Origin: Utricularia gibba
Taxonomy: Eukaryota > Plantae > Magnoliophyta
Direction of reading: 5' to 3'
NCBI GenBank assembly: GCA_002189035.1
Contig: NEEC01000013.1
Location: 1,302,001 to 1,366,000, forward strand
Length of the DNA stretch: 64,000 nt
Under the pieces are notes generated by a model. The model saw only the letters and a program-made list of their open reading frames with translations. It ran no database searches and was not told the origin of the DNA. Every line of letters begins with the position of its first letter. Positions within the stretch are counted from its first letter, which is position 1. Made by a program: the position numbers and the translations under genes. Below, piece after piece: positions 12,781 through 24,595 of the stretch.

Positions 12781-15256
12781 ATGGGGAAAGCGGCGTCTGC
12801 GTTTTGCTTCATGGTGCTTATGGTCGCGTGTTGCTGGCTGCCCATCGGTGCGGGGCGGAGTACATGCCTTACCGGGACCCGACCCAGCCGCTGGGGCGGC
12901 GGGTTCGTGACCTTTTGAACAGGATGACGCTGGAGGAGAAGATAGGGCAGATGACGCAGATCGAGCGCAGTGTTGCATCTAAAGCTGTCGTCAAAAAGTA
13001 TTACATAGGTGAACCCTCTACCCCATCTACTTCTTGCTTTTGTCATGCAGCGTGGACTGAGGGAGTGTAAGAAGCTTGGGGCGTTTTGCAGGGAGTATAC
13101 TGAGTGCAGCAGCACCGCCCGCGTTTCTTAATCTGAGGGCCACTCCGGTGCAATGGGTGGATATGGTGAACGGATTCCAAAAGGCTGCGCTATCGACCCG
13201 TCTGGGAATTCCGATGATCTACGGAACCGATGCGCTTCACGGCCACAACAACGCCTACAAAGCAACCATCTTTCCTCACAATGTTGGCCTTGGTGCTACA
13301 AGGCAAGTAAAATTTTGTTATATTTGGAGGCTGAGTGAGAGAATGTTGATTCTTGAGACTTCCAATTCCCTTTTCTAGGGACCCTGAGCTGGTGAGGAGA
13401 ATCGGAGATGCAACTGCACTTGAAGTCAGAGCCACCGGCATCCCTTACACCTTTGCTCCCTGCATAGCGGTAAGTGAACTGGTTCGAGTGCAGGGTCATT
13501 CTTAAAGCTGATGCGATCAGTAACCATGTTTGCATAGGTATGCAGAGATCCGAGATGGGGGCGTTGTTTCGAGAGTTACAGTGAGGACCCATCGATCGTT
13601 CAAGCCATGACTGCGATCATTGACGGGCTACAGGGGAAAATACCTGATGGTGCTCGCAAGGGGGTTCCATTCTTGGGTGGACAGTAAGAGATGCTCTTAA
13701 GATTTTCATTTGTGCTCTGCAGGAAATGAGGTTCATTTTCACGTTGATGCAGGACGAAGATTGCTGCAACTGCGAAGCATTATGTGGGAGACGGCGGCAC
13801 GAAAAATGGGATCAACGAAGGCAACACAGAAGCAACATTTCATCAGCTGCTGAGCATCCACATGCGTGGTTACTACAGTGCTATTATCAGAGGTGTATCC
13901 TCAGTCATGATCTCGTTTTCGAGTTGGAATGGGGTGAAGATGCATGGCAACTTTCAGCTCATTACTGGATTTCTCAAGGGAACTGCGAGATTTCGAGTAA
14001 GTGGGCTACTTCTATTCGACTTATTTCTCAACTTGAAGTGGCTGAACTCATCGCTTTTCGCAGGGATTTGTGATCTCAGACTGGCAGGGGATTGATCAGC
14101 TTACAAATCCGCCTGGTGCAAACTATACATACTCTGTTTTGAAAGGAATAAATGCAGGGATCGACATGGTTGGTGCAAGTTTCTTCAAACTAAAGGATTC
14201 ACAAGCTTCTCATGTGCTGCACACAAATGCAGGTCATGGTACCCTTAAACTATACTGACTTCATCAAGGATCTGAAGAAACTGGTGAAGGGAAACTACAT
14301 CCCCATGAGCCGAATTGACGATGCAGTGAAGAGGATCCTGAGGGTTAAGTTCACAATGGGATTGTTTGAGCACCCTCTTGCTGATTATAGCTTGATAAAG
14401 TATTTTGGAAGTCAGGTAATTTCAAAGATGGGATCTTTATCTTTTTACACATCATGGTTTCTGATGAAAACAAACACATGTCGAAAATTCTGACAGGAGC
14501 ACAGAGAGTTAGCAAGAGAGGCGGTGAGGAAATCCCTGGTTCTGCTCAAGAACAGCAATCAAGGTGACAAGCCATTGATACCACTCTCATTGGATCGTCA
14601 AAGGATTCTCGTCGCCGGCACCCACGCCGACAACATCGGATACCAGTGCGGCGGTTGGACGGTCACATGGCAAGGGGGGAGTGGAAACAACACAAAAGGT
14701 TCGCTAAAAAAAACCGTGCGACTTTGAAGTTAAACTATTCTAACATGCACTCGTCGGCCGAATTTCAGGAACTACAATCCTGGAAGGTATAAGGAACAGA
14801 GTAGGCTCGAAATCCAAGGTTGTATACAAGAAGAATCCCAGCTCCAAGTACACGAAAGACAGAAACTTTTCGTATGCAATCGTGGTTGTGGGCGAGCATC
14901 CATACGCAGAAGGCAAGGGAGACAGCACCAACTTGACCATCCCCGCTCCAGGGCCCAGTATCATAAAGAATGTGTGTGGTTCGACGACGTGCGTCGTTAT
15001 TCTGGTTACCGGTCGGCCGGTGGTGATCGAGCCGTATCTTTCACAAATCGATGGTCTTGTTGCCGCCTGGCTCCCGGGAACCGAAGGCCAGGGAGTTGCC
15101 GATGTTCTGCTTGGCGATTATGGGTTCACCGGGAAGCTTCCCAGGACATGGTTCAAGAGAGTCGATCAACTTCCGATGAATGTGGGAGATGACAACTACG
15201 ATCCCTTGTTCCCTTTTGGCTTTGGATTGACGACAAACCCTGTGAAGATGGATTAG
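12781..15256 (+). CDS. Secreted GH3 beta-glucosidase/exoglucanase; 1-bp frameshift at 12852-12855
   Basis: Signal peptide [19 protein letters not shown], then [51 protein letters not shown], nucleophile motif [11 protein letters not shown], acid/base region [10 protein letters not shown] and C-terminal [13 protein letters not shown]. Multi-exon; one GC-AG intron at 13303-13378. Confidence 0.92.
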
Positions 15257-16200
15257 AATTACACTTCTTACAATAACTGTCGCATTTCCGTTTCAAATGG
15301 GAAACATGTTGCTTACTTTCTAAAAATAATGTTATTTTTTTAAAAAATTAAAAAATAAAATATTCCATAATTCGCCATATATTTCTTTGTATAGTATTTC
15401 ATTTATTGCTTTATATTTTAAATTTATTATTTCTGTGAATAAAGTTTACGAGATCAAAAAGTTAGCATGCAATTAATATATGGGCCAGCGATTTCGGAAA
15501 GCTGGGCCATTTCGTTTAAAATAGGGTGTAGGTGAGATTGGGCCCATTGTCGAGAGAAGGGTACCGGGCTCATCTTTGAGGATCATTGTTTTACATGTTC
15601 TTGGACTGGGTTCTGGGTTCTGAACTTCCGCGGGGCATAGCATCGGTGCGCTTTTGTTGCAGGTGAAGTCTGATCTACGAGGAGTGAAGGTAATCAAATC
15701 ATTCTTCTTCTTCTGTTTTTGTGAACTGCGGATTTTCGGAACCCGTTGCACTCGATGCGTGGTCCGATTGGAATCGTTGAAATCCATTTTCGAGTTGTGT
15801 AGGTGGTTAATTGTTGGTGTTATTAGGGACTTTTTCTTTACAAGACAAATGATGCTGATGTAAGGCTCTGCGCATCCAAAATTCGACTGTGATCGTTAAC
15901 TTTTTGTTAATTTGCTTCAATTGGAAGATCCTGGCTTCTTTGGTGTGATAATTTTGTGGCGGCGACGGCAGTTTATTCTCTGGGAAGTTTCTTAATAACT
16001 GTAAAATTGTTTTCTTTTTTAATGAATGGAGTGTAAAGTTGTTTTTTTCTGATTTAGACACACGCAAGAAGCAGGATGGAATTGGCGTTTTTGCCTATCT
16101 CGTTCGCGACGTGACCCTTTTTTTTTTCTGTTTTGCTTCATTCAACTTGGAAGTCGTTTATCTTGCATTTCTTCTGAAATAGCAGACATTCTACTGTCGG

Positions 16201-16617
16201 ATGGAGTCAAGTAGCATTTTGCATACGGGTGGATGCCACTGCAAAAGTGTTAGATGGAACGTCCGAGCAGCATCAAGTGTGGTAGCCTGGCGTTGCAACT
16301 GCTCAGACTGCTCCATGAGGGGAAACACCCACTTCATTGTCCCATCTAAGGACTTTGAACTCAATCAGGAATCCAAACAATTCTTGACAACTTATACTTT
16401 TGGGACGCACCAGGCAAAGCATACCTTTTGCAAAGTTTGTGGCATAACCTCCTTCTACATTCCAAGGTCTAATCCAGATGGCATTGGTATAACATTCCAA
16501 TGCGTGGACTCTGGAACATTGGAACATGTTGAGATCAGATGCTTTGATGGTCAGAACTGGGAGAACTCGTTCAGCCGGACAGGCATCTCTGCATGCTCAA
16601 AAGATACAGCTGCTTGA
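16201..16617 (+). CDS. GFA / CENP-V-like Zn-binding protein (Mss4-like fold), 138 aa, single coding exon
   Basis: HTGGCHC...CNCSDC...YTFGT..AKHTFCKVCGITSFY.PRSNPDG pattern and C-terminal FDGQNWE. Confidence 0.9.
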   Translation: MESSSILHTGGCHCKSVRWNVRAASSVVAWRCNCSDCSMRGNTHFIVPSKDFELNQESKQFLTTYTFGTHQAKHTFCKVCGITSFYIPRSNPDGIGITFQCVDSGTLEHVEIRCFDGQNWENSFSRTGISACSKDTAA

Positions 16618-16824
16618 ATGAGTAGTCACTGTTGAAGCTGTAGTGTATATGCTCACTATGGCGTGTGTTAAAAGTAAGTGTACATGAAAATGTTGCTGTT
16701 TACTGCCACCTTAATGGCGCATATTCTCATTCAATAACTGCCGTAAATTTCACATATATTTTTGTATACAAGTTTCTGTTTCTTGGCCGTATTAAATGGC
16801 CTAGAAGTTGTCCCCTAACACTTT

Positions 16825-19800
16825 TTAGGCCACTCTTGCAGCCACCGAAATCTTGCTAGGGTCTCCACCGACTTCTTCAAAGACAACTAACGAGTTCCCT
16901 GTTGGTTTCAGCCATGAACGGGGTATGTGGTACCTGAAATCATCTCATTCATAATGATCATATGCATATGTAAGCAAGATTATGTGGAGGAGTCAAAAAT
17001 AGAAATAGGACTAACCATCTTTGGGATGGCTGGCCGCAGTTGGTTTGGCATTTGGTCTCCGTGAATTGGCCTTTGTAGTTGCACTCACCACAGCTGCCTT
17101 TGGCTATGTAAGCTGGCCAGTGCCTGCCGATGCTCTGTCCGTTCACCCAGATCTCACCCTTTCCCATGCTTCCCATGTCCAACGCTACCGGGTCACTCCC
17201 TGATGGTGCATTAAAGCTTGTCTGGAAAGAATGGGAATGCTTTCAGATTGAGAGACTATGTTTCTGTAGGTTGAAATAACTGAGGTGCCGACCTCACCTT
17301 GTACCATGTCAGAGGTTGGTTAGCACCCAACATAGATCCCTCAAGCCATTCATATGAGGAACTCTCAGTGACCATAGCTGCTCCAAGTGATTCACCTTTC
17401 AAGCCGATCTGCACATGTAAGGTATAAAGCATGAAAGCCTGTTCACAAAAGTCTCCACACACAGTTTCTTTCACCTTGTAAGACCATCTCTGCTTGGTCA
17501 AGTCTCTAGTTCCCTCATTCAGGCCTGTCAGAGTTATGGGACCAAGAATTCCCAAGTTCCACTTGTCATAGTGTACGCCTACATTCTGAGGATACAACAG
17601 GGAGTTCCACTAAGAAACTAAACTGCCATGGATCATTCAGAGCAGCTCTGGGGCACAAACTCACCGGTAGTCCCATCGAGACACTGAGCAAGGAAATCTT
17701 GTTAGGCCCGGGTCTCAGGTTCACATTCTTTGTGTATGTCAACTTGGGGTTGCCCAAACCTCCATAAACAAACCCTGAAGGAGATGAAGCGAAAAGTTCA
17801 AGAATGTTCGTTGTTCGTTGGGAATAAAATATATCTGGTACAAGGGATCGTTCATTACCTGCTGACTCCCCGTTGATGAAGACGTGCAATGCATGACCTG
17901 CCGACATGACTGTGAGAACAGGCCCTTGTCCATTCTTCAGAAATTTCTCATCGGAAGCTATATCAACTCTGTAAAATGAGAAGGGTATGTGAGAATTGGA
18001 TAACAGATAGTATTATTGGACAGTGGAGGATAAATCCAGCTTGCGTTTTTGATAGACTTACTGAGTCAGGTACCATAAATAATCTGAGGAATCTCTGGTG
18101 ACATTCAGTTGCTCCCATAAGCCGAACATGGATAGGGCATCTTTATCATCAGCAGAGGCCATTTCCTCATTGTATGATTGCCATGGAAATGCATTAGTAA
18201 TCGGCACCATTCTAGGAGTTGAGCCTCTGGAGGTAATCTTCATGAAAAAACGGAAGTAATTTGCTGTTAAATGATTTGTGCTAAACTCAGATGGAGGAGT
18301 ATGTTATCATTACTTTAGCAGTGTTGTAGACTTCAGTCTTGCAGTCAGGAAGAATGCTGATAGACCAAGGAGGCAGCACATGTTTTGTGTTTTGAAATGT
18401 AATTTCCGTTGAATAGGTTGTATCATAGTTCGATAAGAAAGCAGCACAAGAACCCGAATTTGACCTGAAGACATGAACCTACAAGATTTGTGGGAAAAGA
18501 TCTGTTACGAACAATGATTACCAGCGATAGGAGTATTGTATGTAGAAGGCAAGGGCTAACAGAGGCAGCCTTAGCATTATCATTACCTCCTGGTTTCTCC
18601 CAGGCCATGATACTGTTGGATCTGACGACACTATGGCTGATTCAGCTTGCTTAATTGCTCTGTGTAGGTTCGTCAGATGGCTGTATTTTGGCTCATTGGG
18701 AAGCCCTGTAGTGGCACGGATGGCAGCCTTAGGGATGATAACATAAGGCTATAGCTTTCAAAATGAAGTGTGTGTGATTTTACTTTTTCAGAGATTAAGA
18801 CTGGGTTAATATGCAGAAAGATTGATTTCTACCATATTCATCCAGAGGAGCATCATAGTCGTAGCTCGTGGTGATGAATAGACCAGCGGAATCCCGACCA
18901 AAGTTGGTTCCTCCATGGTACTGAGTTGCAACCAATAGAAGTTGATACAATTTTTCAAAGGTAAATTGAATGCAAAAGTCTGCAGAGTATTTTTACCATG
19001 TAATAATTGAAGAATGAGCCACTGTTGTGCACAAATCTGGCAACTGCAAAGGCTAAATCTTCAACAGGTCTCAGAGGAGTAGCCCCACCGTACTGTGTGT
19101 ACCTAAGGAAATATATTTGAAGTCCAGATGAGGACCCTTCTAGGATCAGAACAAGTTACCGAGCACAAGAAGGATCTTACCAGCCAGTCCAAGCCTCAGT
19201 CCACATCTTCGGTTTGTTCGGCCTGTTGGGATGAAATCCTTCGCAATAGAAACCGTTGCATGTGTCAATCTGTAAAAACAAGATTGAGTAAGATGGAAAA
19301 AGTATCAGTTCAAGAAGGTGGTTATTATTATTATTATATTTGAAGACAGTTGAGGCAGTTGAAAAGATGTGAATTATCATACAATGGGATCAGGGGCAGT
19401 TTCTTGTTTACACATGATCCAGGGAACACCGGTGTCTAGCCCCACAGCCATTTTGGCTGCCCAGGCTGTGTAGGCCCGTCCTGGAGCTCCTATTTCCCAC
19501 TCCACTGGTCCATATTCATTTTCTATCTGTAAAATAAAGAGTTGAGCAAAGCGAAGCGGTTGCCGTTGAACAGAACTGTAAGTACATACTTGTGACATGA
19601 TGATCGGCCCTCCCTGCGACTCAAACAAGGATTCCGACTTCATGAGACTCACAATCCTGGTAACGAATCCTTGCATTGCTTGTTTGAAAGGTTGATTGTC
19701 CGTTCTGAATTCTATTCCTGGTACATATTTCAGCCAAGCAGGAAACCCCCTTCATTCATAACAGAGAATTGAGAAGACATGAGACGTCTATCCCTGTTTC

Positions 19801-20455
19801 GGATCATGTAAGAGAGCCAATTTCTGTTTTTTACCCGAAGTTCCATTCAGCACAAACATAGGGACCAATCCTGAGGTGAACATAAAGGCCTGCTTGCTGG
19901 ACCAGTTTGATGAACCTGACGAGATCAAATCGCCCCTCGAAATTGTACTGCGCAGGAGTAAAATGTTAACCAGATGGTACATCAAGAAACCAGAAAAGTT
20001 AATAGCAAAAGACAGCCATGGATATATGTCCACTGCTAGGGGTATAGAGAGGTTGAAATTTTGATCACAGATAGCATGTGCATTACTTTTCCAGGAGACG
20101 GCTCGTGACCATTCCAGAAAACATAAGTCTGTATGACATCAAGACCTCCATCCTTGGCCTTCTGAATAAGATGAGGCCACATCTGCATCGTTTAGAGAAG
20201 GAAATCAAAAGGCGAGTTCCCTTTTCCGAGTACTGCAAATGGATATGCAACAGTGAAGAAAAATGAAAAGAGTACCTCTGGAGTGCTTCTGGGGTAATGA
20301 ATAGAGCCTGAAATGAGGATCTTTCTCTCCCCATTTATTATGATTGATTTTCTGTCATATGAAACAGTTGCTCCTACCAGAGAAGACCCCGTAGATATAA
20401 AAACCAGAAGAAGGAGCAGCATATTTGGTTTCAGTGGTACTCCCGTTGTGGCCAT
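16825..20455 (-). CDS. BGAL: Secreted GH35 beta-galactosidase lacking the C-terminal lectin domain
   Basis: Signal peptide then [30 protein letters not shown]; motifs [49 protein letters not shown] and [17 protein letters not shown]. The last exon [35 protein letters not shown] stops at TAA 16827-16825. Confidence 0.95.
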
Positions 20456-21705
20456 GGATCATTTGCAACTCTTGCAGCAGCAGCAACAACAAAAACGACG
20501 CCGAAAGCACAGAGGTCGAAAAGATACCAGGTATTTATCCTCTTGTGATCCCTTCTCTCTTTAGGAAAAGTTCATATCAGCAAAATGAAGATTACCTGCA
20601 AGAAAGCAAAGAAACTAGAGCTTCCTTCTCTCCTCTTGTCTGTTTGCGTGCTTCATGAAACCGTCAGCTGTATGTGCATATATAATGTATTACATATGCA
20701 TGTGCACAAGCTTTGGTGACGATGGAAACTGTGCAAAAATTTAAAAAAAATGAGGATCAGGGATCTGTAACTGCTTCATAAAGGGATGAGGGCCCCGCCC
20801 ATTCATTGATTTTTGGGGCGGGTGTCGCCATTGCTGATACGATACTTAATACTCATCCATTTTCCAGCCATTCCCACCAAACAACTAGCCCCTAATTATC
20901 TACTTGCTGTCTGCTAAACAGCACAGAATGAATGGAACACCATTGCCGTTACAGTTGGTTCCATCCCCAATAAACTGGACAGGTTGATTCCTGCATTTCT
21001 CTGTTACAGAACCCAGTCCTCCTCACAGAGGCTCAGAGTGCATGTAACAAGAGGAAGGCAGTCAGATGCAGGGTTGGTGGTGAGCAGGAACCCCAACTGA
21101 TGGGGGATCTAATTGCCAGTCCGGGGATCAATGCTCAGTTTTATTGCAGATGGTTATGCTGGTTTGACAGATTGATTTCTTGATTAAGCCCAATAATTCC
21201 AATTGAGGGAGCACCTACTGACAGTAGGTGAAATTGGAGCACTTCAGTACTGCAATTATTTACCTACCCAGTAGTCTACTACAGAGTAGTTGCCCAGCAG
21301 AGGGAGAACACAAAAGAGAAAAACCCAACAAACCTCCATGGAAAATAGGTCAATGAAGCAGGCAGGCAGTCAACAACCAGTAGAACTACTTTTCCTCCTT
21401 GGTTGGTTACCCCCTATCAAGAAAACAGGTTTGCTTCATACTACAATTCAATTCCCACGTATGTGTGTGCTGGCAATTGGCATGATGAGTTTTTATTCTG
21501 GGGATGATTTGTTAATGTTGCCTACACGCAGAATGGAGATGGGGAAGGGAACATGGCGTGTGAAGGGGGAGTCCCTTTCTGAATGGCTATGCCCTCTTTT
21601 TCGTGCAGTAAGTGCGATTGGGGGTTGGGTTAGGAGTCATGGGCATGATGAGTGTCGTATCATCATCCATCCGTCCACTAGTCTCCTGCTGCAACCCAAG
21701 GAAGA

Positions 21706-21707
<2 letters not shown>

Positions 21708-21741
<34 letters not shown>
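21708..21741. repeat. (GT)17 microsatellite
   Basis: Read directly from the sequence. Confidence 0.95.
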
Positions 21742-21747
<6 letters not shown>

Positions 21748-21959
21748 CTGTCATGGTGACCATGTTTCCCTTGTCACTGAAGCTGGATTAGGAAGATAAG
21801 GCAGAAAAGTGAGCGTGGCAGTTACGTCGATAAGCAGAGATCCCGGGTGTTATGATCACGGATCAGAACGCCACATGCTCCCTGCTTTAAGGATAATGAA
21901 CCAACGGGGATAGATGGGTTCCAGACTGAGTGAGGTGTTCCTGGAGATTCCTCTCTTTC

Positions 21960-21960
<1 letters not shown>

Positions 21961-21993
<33 letters not shown>
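21961..21993. repeat. (TTA)11 microsatellite
   Basis: Read directly from the sequence. Confidence 0.95.
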
Positions 21994-22015
21994 GTAAAAA
22001 TCAATATGTTATTTT

Positions 22016-22230
22016 TCAGTATTCTGAAAAATTTTTGAAATCTATTTTTACTTTTCAAATTTATTTTTAAAAAGTAGAAATAAAAAAATAAAAATAATCA
22101 ATTACTTACTTTTTTAAAAATAATTTTTGTAGTTATAATTTTAAAAATGTTTTTGATAAAATTATTTTTACAATTAAAATTATTCTAGAACAAAATTATT
22201 TTTATTTTTAAAAAATAGAAACAGGGTTTA
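22016..22230. mobile_element. Degenerate copy of the MITE family at 24062-24377
   Basis: Collinear similarity, e.g. GTATTCTGAAAAATTTTTGAAATCTATTTTTAC vs GTGTTCTATAAAATTTTTACAATCTATTTTTAT, and the shared TTAAAAATA-TTTT-TAGT block. Boundaries are approximate. Confidence 0.5.
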
Positions 22231-24061
22231 AAAATTTTTCATAACACTCATTAAGTTAAAAATTTTATATTATGGATGTTTATTCTGTGATAAGAGGATA
22301 ATAGAATTTCTAATGCACCCCACCTCCCGTAACCTTTTTGTGTTGTTCGTACGTGATTGACGTTTGTATTTTTATTTTTTATTGGTTAAAAAACATTCGG
22401 CGGTGGATGCTCCATGTGATTTATTGCTACGACGTCGTTTTCTATCTTTCATTTACTACTGTTTGGCGACGCTTCAACCATCCGGAAACGGATGGTGAGG
22501 TTGCAATTTTACGTGAATATATTTTAATTTTTATTCTTCTATTTACTGTGTCCCTGTCCCATAACACACATTTCGTCTACGTGGCATTTAGGTGGATGGA
22601 TACGTGCGTGCGTGCGTGTCTATCCTGGATGCCGTGTCCGTGACGCGAATCGACTCGGCTCACATCTTATCCTCAATTCCGTAACTGTTTTCTGGACGAT
22701 GAAAAAACATTTTATTATTATTTTTAAGGAATAAAAGTAAGTATGCGGTACGGCGTCGTTTTCTGTCTTCCATTTGGCACAGTTAGGTGACGCTCCAACC
22801 GTTAGGGGGAAGAGGGGTGGCGGAAAGGGTAATTCCATCATTGCATGCATGTGAGATTTGATTTCGAAAGCAAGCGTGAGGGAGGAAATGACGTGGCGTG
22901 TCGTCTCTTCCCGAATGGCGTGTCCGTCAACCGACTCCTCTCATCCTTATCGTCCTCTTGCGACACCCGCAATTTGCGTGGAAGCATTTTTCAAGTATTA
23001 AAGTTGCATGGTTTTATTATGGCTGAAAATAAAATTTTATAAATACGTGTTTAAAATATTATTATATTCGATAAATATATGAAAAAATTGATTGAGTAAT
23101 GAAACTCATATGATAGAAACGTTTTGATAAATATGATTGAAATTATTATTAAAACATTATAAATGATGACGTCCTCATCTATCAAACAAGAAAATCTCAA
23201 TGCATGTGTATTTGAAAACGTAAGCAACCCTATCAAACATGATATAAGTTTGGTTTAGTATTTATTCATATTATTATTATTATTATATTTTTTATATAAT
23301 TTTGATAATCAAAATTTGAGAATCACGGATTGGCTGGGAATCTTATGGCACATCTAGTGGATAAGTGCAGCGAATCTGGTGCTAATTTGTGGTGGTTACT
23401 TTTTTTTTATTAAATTTTAAAATTAATAATTTTAATCATCAACTCAAATAATAAAAGTTTATTCATTTAATTAATTACATAATAATAGAGAGTATACTGT
23501 TTATTGATAAGAATGATGATGTTCCAATTGATTTGAACATGGATATTTATTATATAATGATTATCTATAACTTAGCATTATTTAGTTTGAACTTTAATTT
23601 CGAATAACTTGATTTTTTTTTAGTTTTACTTGATTTTTTATTTTCAAATAATTTTGAATACTCTTTCAAGTTTTATTAGTAAAAATTATTTTATTTTAGC
23701 ATTTTAAAAGTAATATAGTATAAATTAAATATTATAAATCGAAAATATCTTGAATGCGTCCGTAATTTTTTAAATCACGAATCGACGTAATTTCATAAAT
23801 CAACAAATTCATGTATCCACACGTATATATTTTAGATCAAAATCTCTATACTGAGATTGTTGTTGGATATCAAAATAATCTACGTAATTGGGCCGGTTCG
23901 ACGGCTCGGCCCATTTATAGGGCCATGATACCACCTTATAATAAAATAATATATCAATGTTGGGCCTGGTCCAACTTCTGGTGGATCGAACCCATTTAGA
24001 TAAGCCCTTTTCATATTGATGGCTTCTGTGTGAATGAATAATGCGCCATTTTGAATGTTAA

Positions 24062-24377
24062 GATGTGTTCTATAAAATTTTTACAATCTATTTTTATTTT
24101 TGAAAAAGTAAAAATAATTTTAATCCAGAATACCACTTATTTTTATTTCTACTTTTTCTTAAAAATATTTTTAGTATTACACTTCAAAAATAGTTTTTGA
24201 AAAAATAGAGATGAGCTAATTTTGAATTCTATTTCTATTTTTCAACATAAATCCATCAAAATTTTTACATTTTTCTAGAACATCCATTTTTACTTTTATT
24301 TTTATAAACTATTTCTATTTTTACTTTTTACTTTTTCAAAAATAAAAATTAATTCTAAAAATTTTCTAGAACATACC
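24062..24377. mobile_element. AT-rich MITE (Tourist-like), about 316 bp
   Basis: TIRs: left GATGTGTTCTATAAAATTTT, right reverse complement GGTATGTTCTAGAAAATTTT. Left flank is TAA and right flank is TTT, so the TSD is imperfect. Confidence 0.6.
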
Positions 24378-24595
24378 TTTAGTTTTTTTTTCGGATATTG
24401 GAGTGCTGGGAAATGCAGAGAAAATGGGAGGACGATGATCGCTTTCCAATACGAATTCGTGGCTCATATTCGATGAGTTGGGGTCCCGCGTGATTTCTCA
24501 TCCAAATCATATCCGATCTCCCGTTCTCCGCGAAGTTTTATGCTCGAGCTCTTGCGTCATTTATTGTTTCACCGTCTGCTTAAGCTTTTGATTCA

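Noticed and set aside
16825-16915. BGAL apparently truncated before the lectin domain
   Set aside because: Lectin-less GH35 members are an established natural subtype, and the last exon ends cleanly.
21290-21799. 169-aa ORF in the BGAL upstream region
   Set aside because: No recognisable motif, runs through the (GT)n microsatellite (CVCVCV) and starts at TTG; probably spurious.
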